Of a DNA stretch of 64,000 bases, positions 23,800 through 37,916 are shown one piece after another. Numbering within the stretch: position 1 is the stretch's first letter; every line of letters starts with the position of its first letter. The notes under the pieces are model-generated. The model had not been told where the DNA came from and searched no databases. It was given only the letters and a program-made list of their open reading frames with translations. The position numbers were made by a program, and so were the translations under genes. This stretch comes from Takakia lepidozioides (lineage: Eukaryota > Plantae > Bryophyta), in assembly GCA_030704615.1 (NCBI GenBank), contig CM060732.1, positions 19,902,001-19,966,000 of the forward strand, given 5' to 3'.

Positions 23800-24246
23800 T
23801 GTAACGGCTCTTTTGAGCATAGTATAAAAAGACTGCACGCAACTTAGAAGGCGCGATATGAGTATCAGTGATCAATGTGTATTCAGTGTATACTTCAGTG
23901 ATGATATGACGGACTTTGAAGTAAAGCCATGTTATTCGAAGTATCTCTGTGTAGAGTGAACGTGAGATGGAGAGAATGTGTATTATGCGAGAACGTGAGA
24001 TAGTGAGAATATGTATCATTTCAAGATAGTTCTTGTTTGCCTTGACTACCAATTGCTTTACAACTTCAGTCTTTTCGATTAAGATCTTTCATGCCAAAGA
24101 GACTGTAAGTTGAGCTCAATCAATAGGATTAAGCAGCCTGCACGTTTCTGAAAGCATACTGTTGGACAACCTCTGTTGCATGTCTTAGGAAATGGGCAGT
24201 AGTGCTAATATCCTGTTTTGTCTAAATCATAAACCAGCGGTTAACA
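23800..24246 (+). repeat. 5' LTR of Ty3/Gypsy element 1
   Basis: TGTAAC...GTTAACA, followed by PBS TGGCGACCATACTGGGGA at 24249-24266 (tRNA-Arg-like). No matching 3' LTR in the window. Confidence 0.7.
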
Positions 24247-26934
24247 TTTGGCGACCATACTGGGGACTAACGGTATGTTGAGTTCAAGAGTACTCAAAGA
24301 AGGATGGTTACTCAGTGATTTCTTGAAATCACGACAGAACGAGTCAACGGAAGCAAAGGAATGGAAAACATTCCTAGAAAAATTTCATGGCTTACCAAGA
24401 GCAATACAACAGAAGATCTTTCTTTCAGTCGCGAAAGAAGATGACAAATGGGGATTGAAGGGAGGAGTGATCAGTATTACACGAGCACCTTGGGAATGTA
24501 GGATTAGAAGTGAAGAGTGGTTGTTTCGTCTAGCTTTATTGATTACTCTAATCCCAATCAGAAAAGTTTGCTACACTAGTTATATGAAAGATTTGAGAAC
24601 ATTTTGAGTGAAGAAGGTCAAAGAAGTGAAACCACTTCTCCAGAAATGATAACCAGAACTGCACTCAAAGCTTTTAAACACTACAAGAGATGAGCGTTTT
24701 TAGGACTACGGATTTGGCGGAGTCATAAAAACGGCACTAGGTATACGACTACAGAGCGCTGAAATGCGTTGCAGTCATAGTTTTATCACTTTATAGTAAT
24801 GGATATCACTACATGACTCCGGAAAATTAGGGAGCATTGGTCAAACATTGTTGACCATGATGACAAGGATGGTTTTATGACTAGTGTGATATGTTTGACT
24901 AGACGTGGACGACGTTTCATGGAATCTTGTGACTCCACGACTGAAGATGGTTTTACAGCTCTATTTATACAACTACATCCCTATACGTGTCATTTTGAAA
25001 GCACATACATGAATGTATTCATCCATTGGATGAGTTTATCCATCGATGACATGGCATGTAAACTTATGAGTCCCTTACTGCAAATTGTTTCATAACTCTA
25101 TATATATGACTACATCACTACACATGTCATTTAAAAAGCATATACATTAATGAATTCATTCAATGGATGGGTTCACCCATCCGCCTATACGGTGTGTCGA
25201 TTTGATATCTGTTCAATAAATTGGACCTGGATGGACGTGGCTTAACAAGGATCGCAAGATATATGAGATTAAAATGCGTGGTTGTACAAGGTTAGATCAT
25301 GTGATGGAAATTATTTTGAATCGTTAGATTTTACAGGATCTAACGGTCTAGATTGTTTAAGATCTAATGGTTTAAGATTACACCGCCGAACTTTACACCG
25401 GGCTGGGACTTAGGCTTTTTTGTCTCCTGCGTTTCACCATCTATTTGATGTTGTGTCATGGAACGCGATGATCGTAGGATATGTAGGGGCGTGGGATGGA
25501 GGCTTTGCAGACCTTCCTACTCTTGAGCAAATGATGCAAGAAGGAGAATGCCCATTTTTCATCCTGGTCTGATACCATCCATACCAGATGGTGGATGAAA
25601 TCGCGGGTGGTTTTCCTTTAAGTGTCTCTCTGCCCTAGACACAGCACGATATCGTGCGTGTTTTTTTTCTCTGGAAGAGGGCGATGGCGGACGAATGCTC
25701 GATGACGGCTGAATGCCCAAGCAGCAAGATCCGAACGGGTGTGTTCTTGTTTTTTGAACGCGCGATGACGGCAGACACTTTCATCTCCCGCGATGGCAAA
25801 TAACATACTGTTATGTTTGCCTACGTTTTTTCCTCATTGATGAAGCAGCGGCGGTTATGGAGGTGGGGAAGCGGCCTGTATTACAAGATACAACCTGTCC
25901 TCAACTCTCCTCCCGTTGCATTATGTTGTGCTCGTTCAAATTCAGATGATGAACACTGCAACGTCCTACTCCACAAAAGATTGAGGTTCTTTGTGGTGTC
26001 ACATCCATGCTTTCTTCTGCTGGTTTTGTGATCTTTGCATGCTTTATGGCTCATACCTGACATGGATAGCAATTGTGAAATCCTGTAATTCACCTCGCGC
26101 ATCCTCACTAACGCACAAAACATTTTTTGTGTTTGTTTTTGGGACGGGCGCAGGTGAGGGATTTCACTTGGCATCAACTCTTTGGCTTGCAGATGATCTG
26201 GTTACTGCAGGAGGGATAAGATATGCTACAAGCTGCCGTTGTTGCAATTTTCTGCTTCAAAGCTGCTTCAAGGGGGATATGCCTTAAACATTTACTTTGA
26301 TTTCTGGTTCTTGGTAACCAAATCTGTTAAGTCAGGGAAGTAAATGGGCTGGGCCTCCTAGAAATCAGACCTTATTGTGAAGGTTCGGGCTGGTTGTGAT
26401 GACAAGGGTTTGGTGATGCAAGTGTGACATTGGATGCATTTTTCCAGACCTGTTTTCTGGCCTTTTGGAGAGTCAGACAGTGCTGTTTATGCCTCACCAG
26501 TTTAGAATGTATTAAATAAGGCATTGGGTAAGCCTTTTTAAGAACACATACATTCTTTCAGGCTCCCCCATGGAGATTATAACCTGATTACAGACTGGTA
26601 TTTTTGAGGATCTCTCTAAAACTTGGCAGAGTGACTGGATAAGGCCCTGGGATACATACCATAGCCCTGCATCTACTTATGGAAGTACAATCAGTTCAGC
26701 TTGTGCTTTTAGGAACATACAAGTCCTTTAAAGCTGTAATAGGGAATTGTTTTCATCAAAGCTCTCACTCTTAGGCCTGCTGGAATGGTTTTCTCAAAGA
26801 CCTGTTGAGCTTACAACATACTTGTTTAAGCTATTTGAACCCAAGAATTACCAAGCCAGTATTTTTAAAGGGCTTTTTTTATTACGAACTGTATTCTTAA
26901 GCTCCCCCCAGAGATTGGGAATGTGACATGGTAA

Positions 26935-26937
<3 letters not shown>

Positions 26938-26997
<60 letters not shown>
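26938..26997. repeat. (CT)n microsatellite
   Basis: Uninterrupted CT run of about 29 units. Confidence 0.97.
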
Positions 26998-26999
<2 letters not shown>

Positions 27000-27599
27000 C
27001 TCTGATGCCCTCACACTGTCCAGTGGAAATACAGTTAGGCATTAAACCTCCCTAAACTTGTTTCGAATATGTGACATGGGCAAGGACCTTAAGGACTATC
27101 TCAATGGCCTACCTGCCCTCGTCACTAGACTGAAATTTAAACTCGGGGTGGGACAACTACAAGTGCATCCACGAGCTACCACACTTAACATACATGTTGA
27201 CAAGGGTGTTGTGTAGAAAAGCATTTAATGCCTTCAATCCACTTAATATAATGTGAGCATATGCACCTGATTTTCAGTTTGCAGGCCTTTCAGCTTGATG
27301 CTCTTATGCTTGAGACAGGGGACTTAGGTATCTGAATATGCTGAAATTATGCCTAGCTGGTTGAAGTTTGTAGAGCCTCTTTCAGTTGCAGGATGGGGAA
27401 GGCAGGGGAAAAATAGAATACTGTTCAGTATGACTCTTGGAGCCATTCCAGCTTAAAATGTGATGATGTCTCCATTGGGGCATGGACCTCTTGGTCGTTT
27501 ACAAGGGACTTGGTAGGGTCAGCATGATCATAGGAGTGTATGAAGGCTGGCAGCCCTGGAATTTTATAACCAGATGTCATTCTGAACATCCCCTAATTC

Positions 27600-27965
27600 T
27601 GGACATATATGCCAATGCCAAGGGAGTGTTCAACACTATGGCTAAACGAGATGTGGTGTCGTGGAGTGTGATGCTTGCAAGGTATGCACAGCAGGGGTGC
27701 GGGATGGAGGCTTTAGATACCTATGAGCCAATGATGGGGGAAGGGGTGAAGCTCGACCACATCATTTTAGTGTGTGTTTGCAGTGCGTGTGCAAGCCTGG
27801 CAGCCCTGGAAAAGGGCAAAGAGGTGCATGGTTGCATCACCAAAGCTGGAATTGTACCATATGTGATTCTGAACAATACCTCGTGGACATGTATGCCAAA
27901 TGTGGGAGCATTGAGGTGCGGAGGGAGACTTCAACACTATGGCTGAACGAGATCGTGTGATAAGT
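27600..27965 (+). pseudogene. PLS-class PPR gene fragment
   Basis: AKGVFNTMAKRDVVSWSVMLARYAQQG..ACASLAALEKGKEVHG, frameshift, then LVDMYAKCGS. Confidence 0.9.
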
Positions 27966-29957
27966 TGAGTTGGTTGTTTCCTAGAACAAATATAGGTTGT
28001 CATTGTCAGCTGCTAGCAGCAAGGTAAGGATTTATGCATGATTTGTGCAAAGGCATGGATAGGTGAAAGAGCAGGGATAGAGTGTGGGTCCAGATTCATG
28101 TAAGAGGGCCAGATTTCAAGCTCCAGATTACCTATGATTCCATGTGTCGAAGGATAGCTACAAGAAACCTGCATGGGTAGATGGTCAACTGGAATTTGCC
28201 GTAGCAGCGGCACAATTGATAAATCAGGCACTGGTAACGAAGACACCTTCTTCAATAGCACAGCGGCTACAAGTGGGTAGATGGTCTACTAGAAACAGCG
28301 GCAGCAGCACAATTGATAGAACAAGACACTACTAATGAAGGTACCTTCTTCAACATATTCCACCCTGTTTTCCCCTGCTATCAGAGTCGTCCCTATATTT
28401 TCATGTTGAATTTTGCAAGTTAGCTCCGCGTTGGTGGATCTCTGGTGGTTTTGGAATGATTTTGACATGTTATTGCCAATGTGGTCGACAGGAAAGTATT
28501 GAAAAAATAGATAACAGAGACGAGGAGAAGCTCTGTTCCAAAGAATACGTTTCCAACCCCAGTCAATGGTGGAACAATCGAGGCAAAAAAATGAATGCTT
28601 GTTGGAAGTAGATGCAAGTTAGCGAGTATGGTAAGTAGGGTTGGGGTGTTTGCTGGAACAATTCTAGGCTGTCATTGTCAGCTGCTAGGAGCAAGGCAAT
28701 GATATATACATGATTTGTGCAGAGGCATGGATAGCTGAAGGAGCAGGGATAGAGTGCATGGGTCCAGATTCATCCAAGAGGGCCGGATTTCAATCTCCAG
28801 ATTACATATGATTCCTTGTGGAAGGATAGCTACAAGAAACCTGCATGGATAGATGATCAATTGGTTGGTCTTGAGCTGAAGAGCACGACCCTTGCAGGGA
28901 TGTCTCTCCATCTGTAGATCTTTTAGGAAGTGGAAAGCTAGGGCCCAGCTTTCTTATGACATTGTTAGCTGATTTTCAATTCTTCTCCTTAGCTCGGTGC
29001 CTTTCTGTTTCCAAGTTATGGCAGTAGTTTCTGGCTGCAGTCTCTTTTCCTGCTAGACTCTTTAGCTCTATGCAGACCCCCTTCTTTGCTTGCCTTCCTT
29101 CTTACTACTCTTTCTTGTCTTGGTACGCGAAGCTGTGTCTTCCTCTTTCAGCCTCTATGGCACTCTATCCAGAGGTTATTTTTCCTCTTTGTATCCAAGG
29201 ACATTTTATGTCCATTACCTATAAAGTTCTAGAGGCCACTGTCCCCCACTGTCCCTCTTTGTTAACAAAAATAATAATAATAAAAAAAAGACAACAATGG
29301 CTTCCATTCTATTTTCCTAGAAACCTAATGAGATTTAAATCAGTTAATAATCTAAATATTATAATTGTATGATTTAATTTATTAAATTAAAATATTATTA
29401 AAAAACCTCTTTAGTCATGAAGTTATATACTCATGACTACATCATGGCAACGTGGCATTATATGATACGATATTCTTTCCCACGTGTGGGTCATATATGT
29501 TGTCCATGTGGACACGTGTCACATCCGGAGTGCTACATATGTCTCTCTGACGCCTCTCCAATGGAGTTATACTTTGTAGACATGTAGTCATATAGTTAGT
29601 CATATATAAATCATATAGTTGTGACTACATCCTTTCTACAGCATGACTCCAGGTGCCACGCACGCAGTCACGGCTATGACTTGCAAAACGCAGTCCTAAA
29701 GACTAGTTGCTATGACAGGGCTTTTTTCACTACAGAGTGATATAGTCATGAACGCATATAGGACTGAAAAAATAGTCATATGTGCAGTCATAAAAACGCT
29801 CATCTGTTGTAGTGAAAGATTCATTAAGCTTAGTAGGGACAGCAGCTGGAAAATGACTATCATTGGGACAAGGACCTCCTAGCTTTGAATCACTGTTTGG
29901 AAGACAAACACCAACACCACTCCAGCCAGCAGCAGCGGGACCATCCCAATTGCACCA

Positions 29958-32305
29958 ATGGCTTTAGCAGCAAGCAAAACCAGACCACCATTTCCTTTAT
30001 ATGATGGGAAATCTGATCCAGATATCCATCTTAATCAATTTGAAAACATGTGCACCATTTACAATGAAGCAACAGACCAAGAGAAGATCCGACTATTTCC
30101 TTGTTCAATGGCCTGGAAAGGCATTGAATGGTTGGCAACCTTCCCAGCCAATCACTTTGCGAATTGGGCGGATATGAGAGCCGCGTTTCAAGAAAGATAT
30201 AGATCCAACAAATCCACGTCTGAAATTTTCACAGGATTACAAAACCTGAGACAGAAAAAGAAAGAATTGGTAGTCGACTACCTGGAGAGAATGAAGACTC
30301 TGATCAGGAAGCTACCTCAAGCACCAGGGGATGATTTGCAAAAATCATGGTTCATCAATGGTCTTCGTCCTGAATACGTAACCATGGTTACAATCATGCC
30401 TAACAACACTTTGGCTGAAGCAGTAGGGACTACAGAGAAGTTGGAATTGGGATTTCATCAGAGGAGAAGCAAAGATTCGAAGGATCCCTTGGAAGAAGAA
30501 GACTCCGATGATGAAGAAAAGCCCAAGCAAAAGAAGAAAGAAGTGATTGACAAAACCACTTTGGATCAGAAGATAGCAGAGGCTATCAAGATGAAGGGCC
30601 ACGAAAGGCAACATGGTGTCACAAATGCGGGACTGCAGGACACCTGGCAATGGAATGTCATATGAAGGACAAATACTGTGATATTTGTCATATGAACAAT
30701 CATAATACCAGCCATTGTATTTACAACCAACGGGCCAAGAAGACTGGGTACACACGAGAGGTGGGGGTACACCAAGTTCAAATCCAACGGGGAGGATCGG
30801 ATGAACCAAAACGATACAATATGGGTAATCGTTATCAAAAGCCACGAGATGAATATCCACCAAGGGATAGGGAACATCAACCCAAAAACAAAGAAAGCAC
30901 GAGATGCCACTATTGCAAGAAAGAAGGGCACTGGAAACATGAATGCCAGTTGCGAATCAAGCATGAGGCAGAAGTGGGAAATATGGAAGCCGGACCAAGT
31001 GTAGCCGTAAGTGTGGTAACCCCTGTAGTGGATACCCTTGCGGTAACCCGAACTCAGGCCAAGAAACAGAAACCTCCACATAAGGAGATTGAAGAAGAAC
31101 GGAAACTATATCCAGAAAGTGCAGCATGGCAGGAGGAAAAGAGCTTACACCAGGAGGTAAGTAAAGCCATAGCTCAAATGCAAGAGGGGACTCATATACC
31201 TTCTGGAGAGCCAACTCCAGATAAGCAAATCAGACCAACGATGAAGACCACGAATACAACCACGGAAACAGAATTGGCCAAAGTAATCTGCCAGACCAAG
31301 ACCCAAATTACCATTGGACAATTATTAAAAATTGCTCCACACTGCAAGAAAACTTTGTTCCGGGCAATCGAGGCATTGACCCCCACACCAAAACAAAAAC
31401 CAACACCAGAAGTTTACACGATTAAACCCACAACTATACGACAAACTCCCGATTACGACGAAGCAATACCTGTAATACAAGTACGTATTGGACGGAAGAT
31501 GGTAACGGATGTACTCATCGATGGAGGATCCGGAGTGAATATCATGACAGAAAAGATGAAGAAGTCACTAGGATTGGGGCACATGGAACCCGCTCCATTC
31601 ACAGTACGAATGGCTGATCAACGAAAAGTGCGGCCATTGGGGATCATCAGACGACTTGCAATGGAAGTAGCAGGACTGGTATACGAAGTATCAGTAACCA
31701 TTCTCAGAATGGAGGATGTGGCAGAAGGATATTTGCTACTACTTGGCCGACCATGGTTAACACAAGCCCAATCACACCAAGATTGGGAAAGTCAGACTCT
31801 CACAATAAAAAAGGGAGCAGAACAAGTCAACATCACTACCAAGCAACGAGGTGCTATTCCACGAGAGAAACGACCTTGCATAGTGGAAGAGTATGATTGG
31901 TCCTGTGGACTGTCCGATGAAGAAGAAGCCACAATATACGCAGCACATCCACAATTGGAACCTATTGGGCAACTGGAGGTCAAGCATACCACAACAGTAG
32001 GATGTCACATGGTGAACACCCAAGGAGAACCAAATACTTTGAGAACAGAAGATTCAGAGGAAGAAGCGATGGACACACCTCAACACCCTGCCCGTTTCTA
32101 TCAAGAAAGGGAAGAAGACATTCAAATCAGTGAAGTACCTGCCACAATTGCAACCATCGGACAAGAAATTGCAGGATGGACAGTAACGGAAGAAACTCAA
32201 TTGATTCAAGTGAATCTGGGAACAGTGGAAGAACCACAAATAATACGAGTAAGTGCAGGTCTTGAAGAAACATTTCTACAAGAAGCTACTGCATTATTCA
32301 CTTAA
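29958..32305 (+). pseudogene. Gypsy gag (with CCHC knuckles) and aspartic protease
   Basis: YDGKSDP..FINGLRP; CDICHMNNHNTSHC; CHYCKKEGHWKHEC; VLIDGGSG..LLGRPWL. Frameshift near 30610. Confidence 0.92.
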
Positions 32306-34548
32306 TACAAGGATGCATTTGCCTGGAACTACAAAGATTTGAAGGGTATACCTTCTAATATCTGTCAACACCGAATTGAATTGGAAGTTGACACAAAACC
32401 AATTCGTCAGAACCGTTACAGAATGAACCCCAACTATGCAGCTAAAGTTTGGGAAGAAATCAAGAAGTTACTGGATGCAGGATTCATATACCCAGTAGAG
32501 ACACCACAATGGTTATCGCCCATTGTGATAGTACCCAAGAAAAATGGAAAACTACGAGTGTGTGTGGACTACCGCAAGTTAAACGCAGGAACCAAGAAAG
32601 ACCTTTTTCCACTACCTTTCACTGAAATAGTGTTGGACACAGTGGCTGGACATGAGATGTACTCATTCATGGATGGGTTTAGTGGGTACAACCAGGTACA
32701 GATGGCAGAAGAAGACCGAGAAAAGACCGCATTCATCACTGAATGGGGAGCATATGCTTACAAAGTCATGCCATTTGGACTTTGCAATGCACCAGCCACA
32801 TTTCAACGAGCAGTATCTGAGATATTCAAGAACTATCTCAATGATTTTATGCAGGTATTTTTGGATGATTTCAGTGTCTTCGGACAGAAATCCAAACATT
32901 TGGCACAGTTAAAACTTTGCCTACAAGTCTGCAGAAACAATGGAGTAAGTCTCAACCCGGAAAAATGTACATTCTGTGTGAATTCGGGATTATTATTGGG
33001 ACACATTGTGTGCCAACAGGGAATTCTGGTAGATCCAAAGAAAGTGGAGGTTATCCAGAAAATACCACCACCAGAAAATCCCAAGAAACTCAAGAGATTT
33101 ATGGGACAGACGAGCTATTACAGAAGGTACATGGACAAATATGCTCACAGAGCGGCACCGGTCTAAAGACTACTGAAGCAAGATGCCGAATACCGATGGT
33201 CTCCAGCTTACCAAGAATCATTTGATTCACTAAAAAGGGCACTCACAGCAGCGCCAATTGTGATAAATCCAAGATGGGATTTACCATTTCATGTACACAG
33301 TGATGCATCAGGCATTGCTTTGGGAGCGGTTCTAGCTCAGAATGTGACAGGCACAATAGATTCACCAATCTATTATACAAGCAGGTTACTGACAGCAGCT
33401 GAAAAGAATTATAGCACCACAGAAAGAGAAGCATTGGCAATGATTTATGTTGTTCAAAAATTTTGGCATTATTTATTTGGCAATCGATTTAAGTTTATTG
33501 TGGATCATTAGGCTCTAGTTCATTTAGCAAATCGACCACTAGCTAGTGGCAGGGTTGCTCGATGGTTATTACTTCTTCATGAGTATGACTTTGAAGTTGT
33601 TCATAAACCAGGGAGATTACATGTTACAGCAGATCATCTGTCAAGGATTACTACAGGAGAACCAGCCACGGGGGTAGAGGATCAACTTCCCGATGCATTT
33701 CTGTTTGCTGTTCAACCAGAAGCACCAGATGAAGAGACAGATCCTATAAATGCTCTGGGAATGTTTCAATGAGACTATGACCTTCCAGATGCTCTCAAAC
33801 TCATGGACGACACGGATGAAGAAGAGGATTCATCCGATGAAGATGAACCTCTTGATGAAGGACTTATTATTGAAGAAGAGCCAGATCCAGAAGAAGAAGA
33901 TGACAAGGAAAACAAAGAAACAAACAATCAAGAATTGGCCAATATCAGTATTGGAGCTTATACAGTCACCAAAGAAGAATCAAAAGATATTCAGGATCAA
34001 GATCAAGATGATTGGCAATGGCCAATCAAATACTATCTGAACACAGGGAAATTTCCTGAAGATTATACCAAAGATGACAGGAGGAAGCTGTCAATAAAAA
34101 GCATGCCATACACATTAATCAAAGGGATTCTGTACAAAAGAGGAATTGATTCCATAATGAGAAGATGTGTAAACAAAGACCAAGCCAAAACAGTAATGCA
34201 AAAACTACACAAAGGAATTGCAGGAGGACACTTCAGTTCGGACCTGACAGCAAAGAAAATATTACTAGCAGGCTACTGGTGGCCTACTGTATTTGGAGAT
34301 ACCTATGAACACTGTCAACAGTGTGATGTCTGCCAGAGGATGGGACCAGTAGAACGAACAGGGAAGGGGACTCTGCACCCAATACTACCAACAGAACCAT
34401 TTCAGCGTTGGGGGCTAGACTTTGTGGGACCCATTAAACCTCCAGCAAGGTACACACAAAACCAATACATCCTCACAGCCACTGACTACATTACCAAATG
34501 GGTAGAGGCCAAGGCACTAAGAGACAACACTGCCAGATCAACAGCCAA
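32306..34548 (+). pseudogene. Gypsy RT, RNase H and integrase N-terminal part
   Basis: SPIVIVPKKNGKLRVCVDYRKLN, MPFGLCNAPATF, FLDD, SDASG..YSTTEREAL, HHCC (GGHF..CDVCQ), WGLDFVGP. Several stops and frameshifts. Confidence 0.93.
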
Positions 34549-35275
34549 CACTACAACAGATCGCGGTATTTATAACTGTATATATAACTATTCTGCAGTC
34601 ATAAACGGTACATATGACTTCTATGACTGTAAGTCGTGCAAACCAAGTGAATACAATGAGTACAAGATGGTACGGTCCGGATGACTATAGTCAGATGAAC
34701 CAAGTGATATCTCTCACTGCAGTCATATATACCATCATACTGCACTCGCCGCTGCTGCGCCACGTAGCGAGGCGCAATTGATTAAAAATTAAATTAAATT
34801 AAATTAAAAACTAGAGAAATTTAAAACATATGTCGGACGTCGCGTCGCACCGCATTGTGCCACGTGGCATAATGTATTTTATAATAATGAAAAAAACCAC
34901 GTGGCAGCCCATCTAGGCTACCACGTGCTATCCCTAGCTCGCCTACTAACCCTAGGGCCATCTTATCCATTTGATTATACTTAGAGGAGTTTGAACCTGC
35001 AACCTCTTTACTATAAGAGTTGTAGTTCACTACCTGCTAACCAATACACCCATTAGTCATTCATGTGATCATATGGTGTTTTAATTGTATTATACACACC
35101 AAATTACAAAATCCCCAGTAGTCATCATGACTATGTAATCTCATCCATGTACACTGTAGTCATGGAAATGACTATGAATGGTGAGCATAATCTGGTCAAT
35201 TGCCGTTGACCAACCTTCCGCCCATTCCGGAGCCATGAAGTCATACAGACGACTACTTAGATAGTCGTTCATATG
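34549..35275. mobile_element. Truncated CACTA element inserted in the integrase
   Basis: Starts CACTACAACAGAT, like the 29814 TIR, with ATGACT/AGTCAT repeats. No right TIR; integrase resumes only at its C-terminal part. Confidence 0.8.
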
Positions 35276-35961
35276 GTTTAGAAGAATCCTTACGAGTCAG
35301 GGAATATGAGCTATTCCATTTGGAAGAAGTTCGAACAGATGTCGCAGATAACATGGCACGGATTCAGGAACAACGAAGGAAAAGAATATCCGAAGGGAAA
35401 GAGAAATCTTTCCAGGACGAGGACATTGTTTTGTGGTTACCAAAAATCAAGAAGATCAAACTGGGTGGAAAATTGAAAATGTCATGGATGGGACCATTTC
35501 AAATCAAAAAGGTACATGACAATGGAACTGTTGATTTGCAGACCTTGGAACAAGAATTCGTGGGACGAATTAATATTAACAAGTTAAAGGGCTACCAAGG
35601 AATACATGACAAAGCTCTTATACATGACTTATACGCCAACGAGGAAGATCAAACTGAAGATGAGGAGCGTGAAACTACCAGTGCATACTACATTCATAAC
35701 GACACGGTGAATCAGCATGTACTAAGACAGGTGGCAACACGAATTCAGGGCACCACGACAGCTAGATCACCATTCATCTGGAGGACAACATTACCGCCCC
35801 GTATACCGTATGGTGAACCATGGCCAGCACAGATGCCTTACAGAACCGTGAACGAATACGAAACGGCCAATGAGTCACTGCTTGTGTTAAACTCCGAGAT
35901 GTACGTTCCAGATCACCCCACCGACCGTGGTAATCATACACCACTACCCTTGGGATCATAA
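35276..35961 (+). pseudogene. Integrase C-terminus (GPF motif) with extension
   Basis: KLKMSWMGPFQIKKVHDNGTV..ININKLKGY. Confidence 0.8.
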
Positions 35962-36899
35962 CACGGAGGCAAAACGACGGCGCAATCCAACGGATTGCCA
36001 AAAGACGGCGGATGATAAGGGCAAAACCATTAAACCAAGCTGCAAGTACTGCACCCAAGCCGCCCATTTAAAGATAGACCACGTACCAAAGTGGATGAAC
36101 ACATTCCAGAGGGATGAACAGAAACTGACCAAAACTGGACAATCATCAACGACCATCATTTTATTTTCCAATCACGAAGAAAAAAACAATGGAAGAAAAT
36201 CAAACACGAAAAGGATGAAGTTTTCTCAAAAACGTTACCAGAAGCTAAATGCTTCTTGGTAAGCCTGGGCCCAACAATTAAAGCTAACTGCGCTTTAAAC
36301 TCAGACAACCAGCAGGACAGAATTACCTCCACGACAACCTTGAGAGAAGTTAGAGGAGTACCCCTACTTAAACCCAGAAGCGAACTCCTCACCTTCTCTT
36401 CCGCCAACTGGAAATTGTCGTATACACTACTTCCAGTGTGCTTCATACTCCTTGTGATACAGTGAAGTTGTGACTTGAAAAGTGACTCTAGGATTGTTGA
36501 GTTTTTGTACGAGGGCAAGAATGTTGGAAGACATGGTTCTTGTTCTACAAGTGCTGACCAAGACTTATCCCTGGAAACCCTTCAATCGATTTGGTTACCA
36601 TGATCTCGATGCAACAGTAAGAATCTTCAAAATTGGTGTGAAAAACAACAATGTTGCCAAAGCCATTGCCAAAGCAATCTACCCTCAACCCTCTAATCCC
36701 ATGGCCCTTCCCTTTTCCTTTCCTAGTGTCCCCACCCCCTCTTCTTGCCCTTTGTCTTTAACAATAAGGCTGCCCGGGTTGATCAAGGTCTCCCACATGC
36801 AAGATAGGACCTATTATATTGTAGCATAGAAGGAGGACTAAAAAGATTTGCAACAATGGATCCATTCAGCTTGGCCTCTGCCATGACTTTTGCAAAGAC

Positions 36900-37800
36900 A
36901 CAGAAAAGGCAATATTGCAATTCCCCGCCATCGCAGACCTGTTGGGGCATCGCAATGCCGTCGCAATACCATCGCAAGGCGACCCCTGGAAGTCGCAACC
37001 CCCTACATTTACAATATCTATGATTGCGGATTTTTCCTACGCAATGATTTTTGTTTTAGCTCTATTTTGTTCTGTGAATGCAAACCCCAGACCACTACAT
37101 CCATGGAAAAAATTGGACGATAAAAAAAAAACAAAAAACAAAGAGTTTCCTTCACTCACTATTGCGGAACTCTCTATGGAAAGTGCATGAAGTTGAAAAG
37201 AACTCAACTTCGGAGTGCAAATGAGGGAAGAAAATATGGTTTTCAGTCCAAATGATTTTTGTTCACTCCCAAAATTTGCACACGCATTGCAAACCCTATC
37301 ATTAAGCATATGGTCCAATAGTTTGCACGGATGTAGTGGTGCAAGGGTCGAATTCACAGAACAAAACACAGCCAAATTTTTTTTATTACGTAGCAGCAAT
37401 CCCCAATCCTAGACCCCAAGGCAAGAAGGCACTTGCAACGCCCCAGCAGGCCTGCGACGTCGGGACGTCGCAAACCCCTGCGCGAGCTGGCTCGCACGCG
37501 CCTAAGTGTGAGGGGGTGTTGTTGCGATTCCCGGGAGTCGCAACCTTGCGGGAGCGTCGCAGAGGATACGTGCGACGCCCGGGCGTCGCAACCCCCAGCT
37601 TGCTGGCGGGTCATGCCCCAACTGCAGCGACGTAGTGGAATCGCAAGCTGGAGAAGCGTCACTGGAGCGGCGCGGCGGCGACGCGCCGACGTCGCAATTT
37701 TCGGGCCGGGCGCCTACGCGGCGCAGCACTCGCAGGAGGGTCGTCGTGTCTGGCGTGCTCGGGGTCCCGGCGTCGCTAACCCCCCCTAAACGTAGTAGTG
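36900..37800. mobile_element. Right part of a different CACTA element, with GTCGCAACCC repeats and an internal inverted repeat
   Basis: Ends CCCCCCTAAACGTAGTAGTG (reverse complement CACTACTACG). Inverted arms at ~37020-37120 and ~37310-37400. Confidence 0.7.
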
Positions 37801-37916
37801 GTGGGAGAGGATTGTGGAGTTCCTCAGCACGGTGCTTGTTGCCTTTTGCTTCTTCTGTGTTGTGGGCATGGCTCGTTTCAATCCACTTGAGCATTGCATT
37901 GCATGCTTGTTTGTAG

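Larger units (their letters stand above)
24679..29814. mobile_element. Non-autonomous CACTA element carrying host gene fragments (Pack-CACTA)
   Basis: TIRs CACTACAAGAGATGAGCGTTTTTA / TAAAAACGCTCATCTGTTGTAGTG; 3-bp TSD AAA; ATGACT/AGTCAT subterminal repeats; no transposase. Confidence 0.93.
23800..36900 (+). mobile_element. Non-chromovirus Ty3/Gypsy LTR retrotransposon (Phygy/Athila-like), degenerate and 3'-truncated
   Basis: LTR and PBS, then gag, PR, RT, RH, IN. The frame rejoins across the CACTA insertion at 24679-29814. Confidence 0.85.

Noticed and set aside
34549-34684. Novel integrase C-terminus ([12 protein letters not shown]..)
   Set aside because: It is read-through into the CACTA insertion.
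36900-37800. GTCGCAACCC repeats as the element C palindrome array
   Set aside because: They end at a CACTA-type terminus (..GTAGTAGTG) and so belong to a separate inserted element.
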